A program made the position numbers and the translations under genes. Shown piece by piece: positions 1 to 8,551 of a stretch of DNA of 44,329 nucleotides; the first letter of the stretch is position 1; each line of letters starts with the position of its first letter. The notes below the pieces were generated by a model. The model searched no databases. It saw only the letters and a list, made by a program, of their open reading frames with translations, and had not been told where the DNA came from. The DNA is from Planctomycetota bacterium (GTDB lineage: Bacteria; Planctomycetota; GCA-002687715; DRQF01), in the NCBI GenBank assembly GCA_036479435.1, contig JAZGFI010000119.1, forward strand, positions 1 through 44,329, in the 5' to 3' direction.

Positions 1-357
1 ACCAAGGCCGCCTGCGCCTCAACCCAACGCCAACTGAAAACTCGGTGCCCAGTTAACGCGGACCATAAACGCGGCGGTCATGCGCGCAAAGCGCCATCTA
101 TGCGCAGGTATCAACCGCCGTCTACAGTCTTGCTCTTCGCATGGTGGTTTTTGGTTCGCAACTCCGAACCGAAGTCATGGAGCCAGCGGCCGGAGTGGGC
201 CGAGTCAAAGTAGGGCCCGGAAGAAGTGCGCTCTGCCCAACCTGAGTTCTTGGGAACCCCCTCCTTCTCCGACCCTTCCACTACATGTGACCTTAACTAT
301 CTTCACAACAACGAGTTAAGGCTTACTGCCCATGGCAAATGCAGTGCCACGGCTATC

Positions 358-421
358 CTATTGGACAAATCGCGGAGGTTCTATTGGACAAATCGCGGAG
401 GTTCTATTGGACAAATCGCGG
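358..421 (+). repeat. 23-bp tandem direct repeat, about 2.8 copies (CTATTGGACAAATCGCGGAGGTT)
   Basis: Identical units at 358-380 and 381-403 plus a partial unit at 404-421, with no spacers; ends about 50 bp upstream of the AAA ATPase ATG. Confidence 0.95.
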
Positions 422-469
422 GCACTTTGATACCAGTATCGCGGCCTTTCAATCTCAATTGGGTTTGGC

Positions 470-1702
470 ATGCAGTACGAGCGTTGGCAGCGAAAAAACC
501 TAAAAGAAGCCTTAGGAACCTGGAGAGTCGTCCTGCTAACTGGGCCTCGGCAGTGCGGAAAAACGACTTTGTCACGACAGATCGCCTCGGCGAACGTCGA
601 GTACAGAACCCTCGATGACCTCACGACTCGTCAAGCCGCCGAGACCGACCCCTTAGGCTTCGTCACCCTCTCCTCTAAGGTCAAGACCCTCATCATTGAC
701 GAGGTCCAAAAAGCTCCCGAGCTGTTGACAGCAGTCAAGCAAGTCGTCGATCAAGACAACCGGCCCGGGCAATTCCTGCTCACCGGTTCGACCAAAATCC
801 AATCGTTGCCAACAGCGCGCGAATCGCTCGCCGGAAGGATTGGACGAGTCCGCCTCCGCCCTCTCACTCAGGGCGAACTAAGAAGCAGAAAACCAGACTT
901 CTTGGACCAGGCATTCAAGGGAGAATTTCCGCCGTCGCTCCATGACTGCAATCGAGATCTTCTCATCGACTACGCATTCAAAGGTGGATTCCCTGAGGCT
1001 CTCAGACTCGCCGGAAATAAGGTTGCGGCCTGGCATCGCCACTACATCCAGTCACTCGTCGAACGAGACCTCGTCGACATTGCCAACCTAAAAAAACTCG
1101 ATGCCCTCTACCAACTCGTCGACGTCATGGCGTCGTGGTCCTCGAAGTACATGGACCTCTCGGGCATCGGCAACAACCTCGACCTCGACCGAAAGACGCT
1201 GCAGACCTACATCAACGCCCTGCAGGCCATGTTCATCGTCGAAACGGTTCCCGCGTGGACCAAAACAGACTACGCGCGGGTCGGCAAACAAAAGAAGAGC
1301 TTCATGACCGACACGGGAATGATGGCTGCCATCTTGGCTTGGTCACCAAAAAGACTCTGGCTCGACCCCGATCGCATGGGGAAAATCATGGAGACCTTCG
1401 CCTTTCAGGAGCTCTCCGCCCATGCGGAGTCTTCCCGCAACCCTTATCGCATCTACCACTTCCGAGATCGAGAGAAGCGGGAGATCGATTTTTTGATCGA
1501 GAACCAAGAGAAAGCCCTGTTAGGTATCGAGATCAAATCGGGGGCCACGGTCCGAAAAGACGATGCCAAACATCTTGTTTGGTTCGCTGAAAACCTCGCT
1601 CAAGGGCCCTTCAAAGGAATCATCCTTTACGCTGGTGAATCCGTCTTATCCTTCGGAAAAAACATCTGGGCTGTCCCCTTCTCGGCTCTGTGGAGCAGAT
1701 AA
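470..1702 (+). CDS. AAA-family ATP-binding protein with C-terminal DUF4143 (PD-(D/E)XK-like) domain
   Basis: Walker A GPRQCGKT, Walker B LIIDEVQ, LLTGS, ESLAGR, GGFPE, and C-terminal REIDFL...IEIKSG motif; 410 aa. Confidence 0.9.
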   Translation: MQYERWQRKNLKEALGTWRVVLLTGPRQCGKTTLSRQIASANVEYRTLDDLTTRQAAETDPLGFVTLSSKVKTLIIDEVQKAPELLTAVKQVVDQDNRPGQFLLTGSTKIQSLPTARESLAGRIGRVRLRPLTQGELRSRKPDFLDQAFKGEFPPSLHDCNRDLLIDYAFKGGFPEALRLAGNKVAAWHRHYIQSLVERDLVDIANLKKLDALYQLVDVMASWSSKYMDLSGIGNNLDLDRKTLQTYINALQAMFIVETVPAWTKTDYARVGKQKKSFMTDTGMMAAILAWSPKRLWLDPDRMGKIMETFAFQELSAHAESSRNPYRIYHFRDREKREIDFLIENQEKALLGIEIKSGATVRKDDAKHLVWFAENLAQGPFKGIILYAGESVLSFGKNIWAVPFSALWSR

Positions 1703-1766
1703 GAACCCGCCTTCCCTACACGGAAAGCCAGCCTTTAGGACTTGGACCCAGTTAGGCCTTCAGCAT

Positions 1767-4043
1767 TTACTTCACGAGTTTGGGCTGAAAGCGCGCGACG
1801 CTGGCGGCGTCAAAAGACACGGTTAGGTGCCCCGCCTTTTCCAGGCGGCGCTGCAATTCTGCGACCGCGTCGTCGAACAGGCCTTCGGCGTTCACCGAGT
1901 CGAGGCCTTTGATCCCCGCGCTACGGGAGGGCAAGACGCCAGTCGGGAGCTCGAGTTCCACCTGAGCGCGGCGTAACACGATGTCGGGATGTTGGCTCAA
2001 GTAAGGCTCAAACTCCATCCGGGCGCGGTCGCTGGACACCCCAACACTCGCGCCGATCTCCAAGAAACTTCGGGCCAATGGATCTTTTCTGCCGCGAAAC
2101 AGTGGCCGTCCCCGAAACATCTGTCCGTCCTCAAGCTTCACACCAGGTTCGCGTTTCAAGGCATCGGCGAAGCGCATCCAAGCCGTGGATAGATTCATAT
2201 CTTCGCTTGGCGTCGTAAGGGCAGCGATGACGAGGCCGCGCTGATCGACAACCTCGATGCCCGCGATGCGACCGATCGATGTCTCAAGATCACTCACCCA
2301 TTCGGCGGGCGCGCGCCCCTCGATGATGAGTTTTTGACCCTCCACTTTTAGGGTCACGCCCGGCGGGGGCTGCAGAACAGATTTCGCCCGCAACAGCAAG
2401 ATCACCGGATCGAGCGAGAGCACCGGGGAGAAACTCAGGTCAACGTGATCGCGCTGCAGGCCCGCCTCAGCTCGTAGGTCGTCGGTGCTGGCGGACAGTG
2501 GATCGCGAAATCCCCGCACCAAAAACTTGCCATCACGATCGGGGTACTCCATCGCCTCGACGACCACGATCCCGGGAGTTTGTTTGAGGTATTTGACGAA
2601 GAGCGCAAAACTCTTTCTCGCCTCGGCCCCAATCATGCGCAGACCGGATGCGTCAAACTCAGTGATGCCGGTCAGCACCGGCCCGATTCGCGACGCTTTC
2701 TCCGCCCAAGCGCGATCTGAAAGTCCGGTGGCGAAGAGGGTTTCACCTTTTAGTTCAAGCGAGACCCCTGCGGGTGGCGCCAAGCGATCGGCGGCGCGGG
2801 CGATCACAAACTGCGATTCGCGCGATTCGTAAGTCGCAAGCTCCAGAACCAGCAAGTCAGGGTCAAGGCCAACATCCGCGAAAATGGCTTTCGCATCGGC
2901 AGCACGGGGATCTTTCAAACCCCGCAGGAAGAATTTACCGTCCTTGCGCTCTTGCCCAGAGATCAGAAATCCCGGTTCAGAAGCGACACGCTCGTTGAAA
3001 ATCGACCAGCGGCGCGAACGATCAAAAGAAACGAGTCCCCATACCGCCAAACCGGCCAACACCGCAGCGACGAGGGATAGGGCCAACCAGGGGATTTTTC
3101 GCTTCTTGCCTTTGGCACCGACTTCATCGGTTTTGCCGCGCTCGACCAACAACGTTTCGAGGACGCCCGCCGCCGCATCGAAAGGAGCCGCGTCGCCATC
3201 GAAACTCGATAACGCATCGCCTTCTTGTAGATGAACCTCTTCGAGGGCAACCTTCATGTCATCTCGCAGCGTCTCTGCGGGAGTGCCCCGCATGACCAAG
3301 GCCAAAGCCGCGACCGGCCCCGATTCAATCCAAACCGTGAGGTCGGCAACGCGCATGGATCGCAGCGACTCCCGCTCGTCGCTTACGCCAAAGGAGTCTT
3401 TAACGAAGTCCTGAATTGCAGTGAGCATGCCGCTCACCATGTCTCCGTCTTGCACGTTGACGGCGGAGGCGGCCACGTGTTGCAGAAGCAATCCGGTTTC
3501 GTTGTGGATCAAAAACACTTGTTCGACGCGATAAAGAATTGTGTGGCTGAGAACGATCTCCGAAAAAGGCCGGCCGGTCCGCCAAGCCTCAAAGCGCCAA
3601 CCCAAACTCTTGGGCGAAAAGCTATGCTCGAGCGTTTGATTGATCGACTGCAAAAAGGTCGCGAGCGTGTCGGAAATGCTGCGCCGAATAGCGGGACCCA
3701 TGACCGGGAACAAGGCATCGGCCAAGACTTGAGGTCGCTTGTGGACCGACTCTTTGATGACGTCCTCAATGTTGGGGGCCATCGCGCGACTCAGTTTTGA
3801 GTCCTGCTTGCCCCGCAACAAGATCGCATCCGGCAGCACCCGGCTTACGCGTAGCAAGTCTTCTTTGGGGTCGTTGAGTGCGTGTTCGACACGCTCCAGG
3901 CGATCGACTTGGTCGCCGGCGATTAAGCGACGGAGCTCATCCAAAACCTCGCGATTGCTTTGACCGTTGTTGGCAACCTGGCTTTGGGTCTGGTCTTGGC
4001 TCTGTTTTTTGCTTGTTGGTCGTTTAGAATCCACGGTACTCAT
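1767..4043 (-). CDS. Membrane-anchored OmpA-family-like protein of small-GTPase gene clusters; three periplasmic repeats; C-terminal OmpA domain apparently truncated
   Basis: Conserved-looking cytoplasmic N-domain (ADALFPVMGPAIR, YRVEQVFLIHNETGLLL, MVSGMLTAIQDFVKDSF), one TM helix (IPWLALSLVAAVLAGLAVWGL), three PG..G..DP..PP.GV repeats, and an end just after VSFDAAS. Confidence 0.75.
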   Translation of the reverse strand: MSTVDSKRPTSKKQSQDQTQSQVANNGQSNREVLDELRRLIAGDQVDRLERVEHALNDPKEDLLRVSRVLPDAILLRGKQDSKLSRAMAPNIEDVIKESVHKRPQVLADALFPVMGPAIRRSISDTLATFLQSINQTLEHSFSPKSLGWRFEAWRTGRPFSEIVLSHTILYRVEQVFLIHNETGLLLQHVAASAVNVQDGDMVSGMLTAIQDFVKDSFGVSDERESLRSMRVADLTVWIESGPVAALALVMRGTPAETLRDDMKVALEEVHLQEGDALSSFDGDAAPFDAAAGVLETLLVERGKTDEVGAKGKKRKIPWLALSLVAAVLAGLAVWGLVSFDRSRRWSIFNERVASEPGFLISGQERKDGKFFLRGLKDPRAADAKAIFADVGLDPDLLVLELATYESRESQFVIARAADRLAPPAGVSLELKGETLFATGLSDRAWAEKASRIGPVLTGITEFDASGLRMIGAEARKSFALFVKYLKQTPGIVVVEAMEYPDRDGKFLVRGFRDPLSASTDDLRAEAGLQRDHVDLSFSPVLSLDPVILLLRAKSVLQPPPGVTLKVEGQKLIIEGRAPAEWVSDLETSIGRIAGIEVVDQRGLVIAALTTPSEDMNLSTAWMRFADALKREPGVKLEDGQMFRGRPLFRGRKDPLARSFLEIGASVGVSSDRARMEFEPYLSQHPDIVLRRAQVELELPTGVLPSRSAGIKGLDSVNAEGLFDDAVAELQRRLEKAGHLTVSFDAASVARFQPKLVK

Positions 4044-4555
4044 CGGCCCCTCGATTCGGTCTTGGGTTTCGCCTTGTTTTGACCGGCCAGGGTCAAGGCG
4101 AGCTCGTTCAAGACTCCCGCAAAGACCACGCGATCAACTTTCGAATCCTCAAGTTCCAAGAACGAGGTTTCCATCTGAGTCTTGGTCGTCCGATCGACGG
4201 CTTCGAGTTCATTGCGAATGGCGCTCGATTGTTCGAGGATCCCGGCGCGGGCGGCCTCGCGATCTCTTCCCTGATCTGAGGCCATCTCGGCCGCTTTGCC
4301 CTCAATGACGTCGAGGCGGTCGCCCAGGGCATTTTGGAAGCCCTCGAATGCCGTTGCCCGTTGCTGCTCGCTTTCCATCACGTTCTTAACGGCGGATTCG
4401 AGTTTTTCGCAACGCTCACGATTTTCGGCCGCGACCTTCATGACCTGCTCGACGCTTTCCCTAAGGGAGCGCAGGTCCGGGCCGAAGAGGAGCTCTTTGA
4501 CGCGATCGAGCTTGCCCTCTTCGTGAATTGCCCGCGCGTTGTCGCCCTTACTCAT
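4040..4555 (-). CDS. Hypothetical coiled-coil protein of the GTPase cluster
   Basis: 171 aa; N-terminal LDRVKELLFG and C-terminal KVDR..LA motifs; 4-bp ATGA overlap with the downstream gene. Confidence 0.75.
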   Translation of the reverse strand: MSKGDNARAIHEEGKLDRVKELLFGPDLRSLRESVEQVMKVAAENRERCEKLESAVKNVMESEQQRATAFEGFQNALGDRLDVIEGKAAEMASDQGRDREAARAGILEQSSAIRNELEAVDRTTKTQMETSFLELEDSKVDRVVFAGVLNELALTLAGQNKAKPKTESRGR

Positions 4556-4594
4556 GATGTGTCCTTTCGCCGAGTCTAGTCTCTAGATCTAAAG

Positions 4595-5251
4595 CTAGAC
4601 CAAGCCAACTTCAATGCCAGCGGTCATGGCCATGCGCACCAGGGCGGCCAGACTCCGAGCCTTCATCTTCTGCATGACGCGACTGCGGTGAACTTCAATC
4701 GTCTTCACACTCAGCCCCAACTTGCTCGCGATCTGTTTGTTCAAATACCCCGCAACGACAAACTCCATGACTTCGCGCTCACGAGGCGAAAGGTCTTGAA
4801 GCTTGGCTTTGACTTCATCGAGGCCACCCTCGACGCGCCGAATATCAGCGTCTTCGTGAAGGGCTTCGCGAATGCGTTCGAGCAAGACTTCGTCGGTGTA
4901 GGGCTTTTCGAGGAGATCAAAGGCTCCGTCGCGCATCGCAGTCACGGCCATCGGAACATCGGAGTGTCCCGTTACCACGATGATCGGTAGGCGCAAATTC
5001 ATCTCGCGCAGCTTTTTCTGCAGCTCAAGCCCGCTCATTCCGTCCATTCGGACGTCCAGCACCAAGCAACTGTGAAGCCCTTGATCAAAGCCCGCGAGAA
5101 AGTCCTCGGCGTTGGCGAATGACTGCGAGGGAATACTCGCTGATTCAAGCAAAAAGCACACAGAGTCGCGCACCGCTTGGTCGTCATCGACAACGTAAAC
5201 AAGCGCGGGTGTTTCGTTTGGCGACTGAGGTGTTGAACCTTGTTCGCTCAT
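4595..5251 (-). CDS. FixJ-like response regulator (REC plus LuxR HTH)
   Basis: VVDDD, phospho-acceptor in CLVLDVRM, TG, EKP, and HTH LSPREREVM...NKQIA..LGLSVKTIEVHR; ATGA overlap with the kinase. Confidence 0.93.
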   Translation of the reverse strand: MSEQGSTPQSPNETPALVYVVDDDQAVRDSVCFLLESASIPSQSFANAEDFLAGFDQGLHSCLVLDVRMDGMSGLELQKKLREMNLRLPIIVVTGHSDVPMAVTAMRDGAFDLLEKPYTDEVLLERIREALHEDADIRRVEGGLDEVKAKLQDLSPREREVMEFVVAGYLNKQIASKLGLSVKTIEVHRSRVMQKMKARSLAALVRMAMTAGIEVGLV

Positions 5252-6555
5252 GAGTGAGTCTCCACTCGAATGGGAAGTTTAAATCGGAACGTGAGGCCAG
5301 GACCAGGTGAGGGATCGGCAATTAGCGAACCCTGATGCGATTCCGCGATAGAGCGGCATATCGCCAAACCAAGTCCCATACCCTCCACTTTCGTGCTGTA
5401 AAACGGCTCAAAGAGTTGGTCCAGGTCTAAGCCCTCAGGGCCCGATCCAAAGTCATGGACGCTAATCTCGATCTCCGTGTCGCCAGCACGCGACGTGGAT
5501 ACCACCAGCAGCCTATCAGCCGGGTCGAGACCTGACATCGCCTCAATGGCATTCTTGACCAAATTCAGCACGACTTGTTGCGCTTGAATGCCATTGGCGG
5601 TGACTTTGGGCAAAGAACTCGTTAGATTCAGGCGACAATCAACGTCATTGCGGTCGATTTCCGGTTGTAGCAAGCGAATAACATCTCTTACGAGGCCGTT
5701 GACCGATGTGGGCTCGTAGTCGACCCGCCCGGAGGCGATGAAGCCTCGAAGGTTCTGAATGATCGCCGCGGCGCGCTCGGCCTGAACGAGACTCCTCTCG
5801 ATAGCCTCGACCGCGCGTCCCTCGTGCACGCCGTCGCGAGCAAGGAACCGCAACCCCCCGCGTAAGTAGTTGGCGATGGCTCCGAGCGGCTGATTGAGTT
5901 CGTGGGCGAGCTGGTTGGCGATCTCTCCAAGAGCCCCCGCCCGAGACTCGGCCTCCAATTGCTGACGCAATTCATTCGCTCGTGCCACGGCTTGTTCGCG
6001 GTCAGAGATTTCTTCCCGCAACAAGCGGTTCGTCAGGCTCAGTTCACGGGTGCGATCAGCGACGGCCTCTTCGAGTTCTTCGTTGATTCCGCGGAGACCC
6101 GCTGCTTCCCGTTCTCGCTCGTTGGCCTTGCGTTGAGAATCGAGTTTTCCGGCACGCGCCTTTTGAATGACCTCGCGTTCGCGTTCGAAGCGACCTCGCA
6201 GGCGCTCGATCAACAGCAGTTTTCTACCCGAAACACTCAGTACCGTAGCTCCAAGGTGAACGGTCTTGCCATCGAGGTCCGACTCGGTCCAGATCCCTGA
6301 TTTCATGCGGCCGTCCTCGGCCGAATCCCAAAAATCCTCGGCGTCCGGAAGGAAACTATCGAGATATAAGAAATGTTCGCCGAGCGAAATCGACAGGCCC
6401 TCGAGTCCAGCTTTGCTTTCCGGCAAAAATCTCAAAAACCAAGGCGGCGGCTCCCCGACCAAAACCCCGTCGGCGGAATCCCCATAGTCGACCACGACGA
6501 CGTCGAGCGCCGTCATGAGTCCGCACATCAGATCGTCAGACCAAGTCTCAAACAC
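5248..6555 (-). CDS. Cytoplasmic FixL-type sensor histidine kinase
   Basis: H-box LAHELNQPL, N-box NLVKNAIEA, DFGSG, LFEPFYSTK, GMGLGL; no TM helix; unassigned N-terminal domain of about 130 aa. Confidence 0.92.
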   Translation of the reverse strand: MFETWSDDLMCGLMTALDVVVVDYGDSADGVLVGEPPPWFLRFLPESKAGLEGLSISLGEHFLYLDSFLPDAEDFWDSAEDGRMKSGIWTESDLDGKTVHLGATVLSVSGRKLLLIERLRGRFEREREVIQKARAGKLDSQRKANEREREAAGLRGINEELEEAVADRTRELSLTNRLLREEISDREQAVARANELRQQLEAESRAGALGEIANQLAHELNQPLGAIANYLRGGLRFLARDGVHEGRAVEAIERSLVQAERAAAIIQNLRGFIASGRVDYEPTSVNGLVRDVIRLLQPEIDRNDVDCRLNLTSSLPKVTANGIQAQQVVLNLVKNAIEAMSGLDPADRLLVVSTSRAGDTEIEISVHDFGSGPEGLDLDQLFEPFYSTKVEGMGLGLAICRSIAESHQGSLIADPSPGPGLTFRFKLPIRVETHS

Positions 6556-6558
6556 TAT

Positions 6559-7062
6559 TCAAGCCTCAGAACGAATCATCTCACGAGCCAAGGCATCAAA
6601 GGCCTCTTCGACGCCGACGCCTGTTTTCGCGCTAGTCCGAAACAGCTTGCTGCCATCTTCCACGAGTGACTGCAAATCTGTATCTGCGACATGCCAGTCG
6701 TCGACGAGATCAGACTTGTTGGCCAAGACCACATGGGGCAAGGGGCCCACCGCAGAACGGATGCGTTCCCGGAGGGCATCCGCGACCTCAAGTGTCGCCG
6801 GGCGCGTGCCGTCTACAACCAACAAATAACCGGCCGCGCCACGAAAATAGGAAGTCCGCACCCGAACGAACTCGTCTTCGCCCGCAAGGTCCCAGATGAT
6901 GAGATCGAGATCACGGTCTTCGATCTGAATCGACTTCTTGTCGATCTTGACGCCGACCGTCGTCAAGTACTTCTCGTCAAACATCGAGTGTACAAAGCGC
7001 GCCGCAAGACTGGTCTTGCCAACGGCGTAGGCACCCAAAAGACAGACTTTCTTGCGAATCAT
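6559..7062 (-). CDS. Rab/Ras-like small GTPase (prokaryotic Rup-type)
   Basis: G1 GAYAVGKT, G2 TTVG, G3 WDLAG, G4 NKSD, G5 SAK. Start moved from 7116 to ATG 7062 (MIRKKVCLLG), giving 167 aa; no C-terminal prenylation motif. Confidence 0.92.
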   Translation of the reverse strand: MIRKKVCLLGAYAVGKTSLAARFVHSMFDEKYLTTVGVKIDKKSIQIEDRDLDLIIWDLAGEDEFVRVRTSYFRGAAGYLLVVDGTRPATLEVADALRERIRSAVGPLPHVVLANKSDLVDDWHVADTDLQSLVEDGSKLFRTSAKTGVGVEEAFDALAREMIRSEA

Positions 7063-7154
7063 AGGATTCCCAATTGCGGACGGGGAAGCGATGGCCAGAC
7101 TAACATTTTCTAACATCCGGGCCTGCGAGCCAGATTCTTCCCTATCGCTGCAGT

Positions 7155-8390
7155 CTAGGCGAATCTTGAAGCGACGAGAATCCGCGCGAGGGCTTCTGCA
7201 TCATGACGACGGCCATCCCCTTCGGCGACTTTTGCCATCACCACGGAGATTCCCTGCTCATGGATGAGCCTTCGTTCTGTTTCCAGGTCTTTCTTCGCGG
7301 GGTAGCTCAGAGAATTATCGGCCAAGATCACGGCGTTAAGTAGTTCGCTCGTGCTGCAATCTGTCCCTGCATCCCGCCGCAAGTACTCCAACAACAAAGC
7401 TACTGAATCGGCCAGGGAATAGCCGACGATCTCGGGATCAAACCCGAGGCTCGGCACGAAGACTTTTGGACTGGGGCTTTGCGCGATCTCACGCCCCACT
7501 CCTTGGGGCAAAAGATTGGCGACGAGGCTCGTGAAGAAGCTCCCCATCGGAAAGCAGATCAAATCCGCGGTCCTGATCAAGGTCTTGATCAAGGTCTTGA
7601 TGCCCGAGTCAATGGCAGGCCCGGGAGTCCGGACTTTTCCACCTTTATTCACGAGCCGAAGATTGACGATGCGCGAGGTCAGCGCCGGATACTCCTTGCC
7701 CGTGATGCGATGCTGACCGTCGATGACGCGGCCGTCTTCGAGCTGCGCGCTCAGTTCCAAATCAACGTCAACCGTGGGCCGCACCAGTCCCCTAACGCCC
7801 AGCAAGTCGGCGTAGAACTCTAAGGCTTCATCAAGGTTGCGCTGTGAGCTGAGATAGCGACTCGCCAGCAACAAGTTTCCGATACTGGCGCATCGCAGAT
7901 CGAAGGCCTGCGGCATCTGGCCCGCGAGCTCGCGCAGACTTGCCGTCGCGATAGTTCGATGTCCTGGACTTAGATCTGCCGTCAAGAAATGCAAGCCATC
8001 TAGAATTGCCTCGAACTCGCCCCGAGACTCCGCTTGCGACAAGATGGGTGCAATCCGATGAACAAAAAGCCGATGGAAGGCCTGTTGTTGCTCGCTGTTT
8101 TCAACCGCTAATGCGGACAGTCGGCTGCGAAGGTCACCCACCGAGGGCATGCCAAAGACCCGGCGCAGCTCCCCAGAGCTTCCGCCCGAATCGAAAGGCG
8201 TCAGCAGATGAATCGAGTTATGGGTGTAGGCGGTCAGGGCCGTGCTAAGTCTCTTGGGAGCCGACCCTCCGCCGAAAAACAGGATCTTGGGCCCGGTCTT
8301 GAGGCTGGCGCGCCGGCATCTTGAGGCTGAGTTGTCGACGCTGGGCTTAGGATTTCTTCGATCACCCCTCGCCATGCTTTTCATCCCCAT
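7155..8390 (-). CDS. CofD/YvcK-family protein, resembling the GAK-system CofD-like protein
   Basis: GPKILFFGGGSA, YTHNSIHLLTPFDSGGSS, GDLRSRL, ASIGNL, GQHRITGKE, ADLICFPMGSF motifs. Exact start uncertain. Confidence 0.8.
   Translation of the reverse strand: MGMKSMARGDRRNPKPSVDNSASRCRRASLKTGPKILFFGGGSAPKRLSTALTAYTHNSIHLLTPFDSGGSSGELRRVFGMPSVGDLRSRLSALAVENSEQQQAFHRLFVHRIAPILSQAESRGEFEAILDGLHFLTADLSPGHRTIATASLRELAGQMPQAFDLRCASIGNLLLASRYLSSQRNLDEALEFYADLLGVRGLVRPTVDVDLELSAQLEDGRVIDGQHRITGKEYPALTSRIVNLRLVNKGGKVRTPGPAIDSGIKTLIKTLIRTADLICFPMGSFFTSLVANLLPQGVGREIAQSPSPKVFVPSLGFDPEIVGYSLADSVALLLEYLRRDAGTDCSTSELLNAVILADNSLSYPAKKDLETERRLIHEQGISVVMAKVAEGDGRRHDAEALARILVASRFA
7574..7601. repeat. In-frame 12-bp tandem duplication (TGATCAAGGTCT x2.3) encoding IKTL-IKTL
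   Basis: Directly visible in the sequence; the protein reads SGIKTLIKTLIRTAD. Confidence 0.9.
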
Positions 8391-8551
8391 CTCGTCGATC
8401 TGCGGCGATTCTTGGCAACCCTCGCCAAGGCCTTCCCGGACTCGTCTTATCGTGTCGAATCGCGATCGAAGAAGAAGTCTGAATAATTTTGAGGTTTCAA
8501 GATCTAAATCCCACGAGCGGCGTCTCCAAGCTGACGATGACCAAGGAACAC

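Noticed and set aside
1..357. Gene, or an attC-like hairpin at 72-120 (CGGCGGT...ACCGCCG)
   Set aside because: No credible ORF on either strand; the hairpin lacks clear attC R/L boxes and there is no integron integrase.
358..421. CRISPR array
   Set aside because: The repeats are head-to-tail with no spacers, and there are no cas genes in the window.
4595..6555. True fixL/fixJ oxygen-sensing pair
   Set aside because: The kinase lacks a recognisable heme-PAS domain and there is no fix/nif context, so no gene symbols were assigned.
6559..7062. Eukaryotic contamination or a Roco-protein fragment
   Set aside because: The gene is embedded in a bacterial operon with matching composition, and has no prenylation tail, LRR or COR domain.
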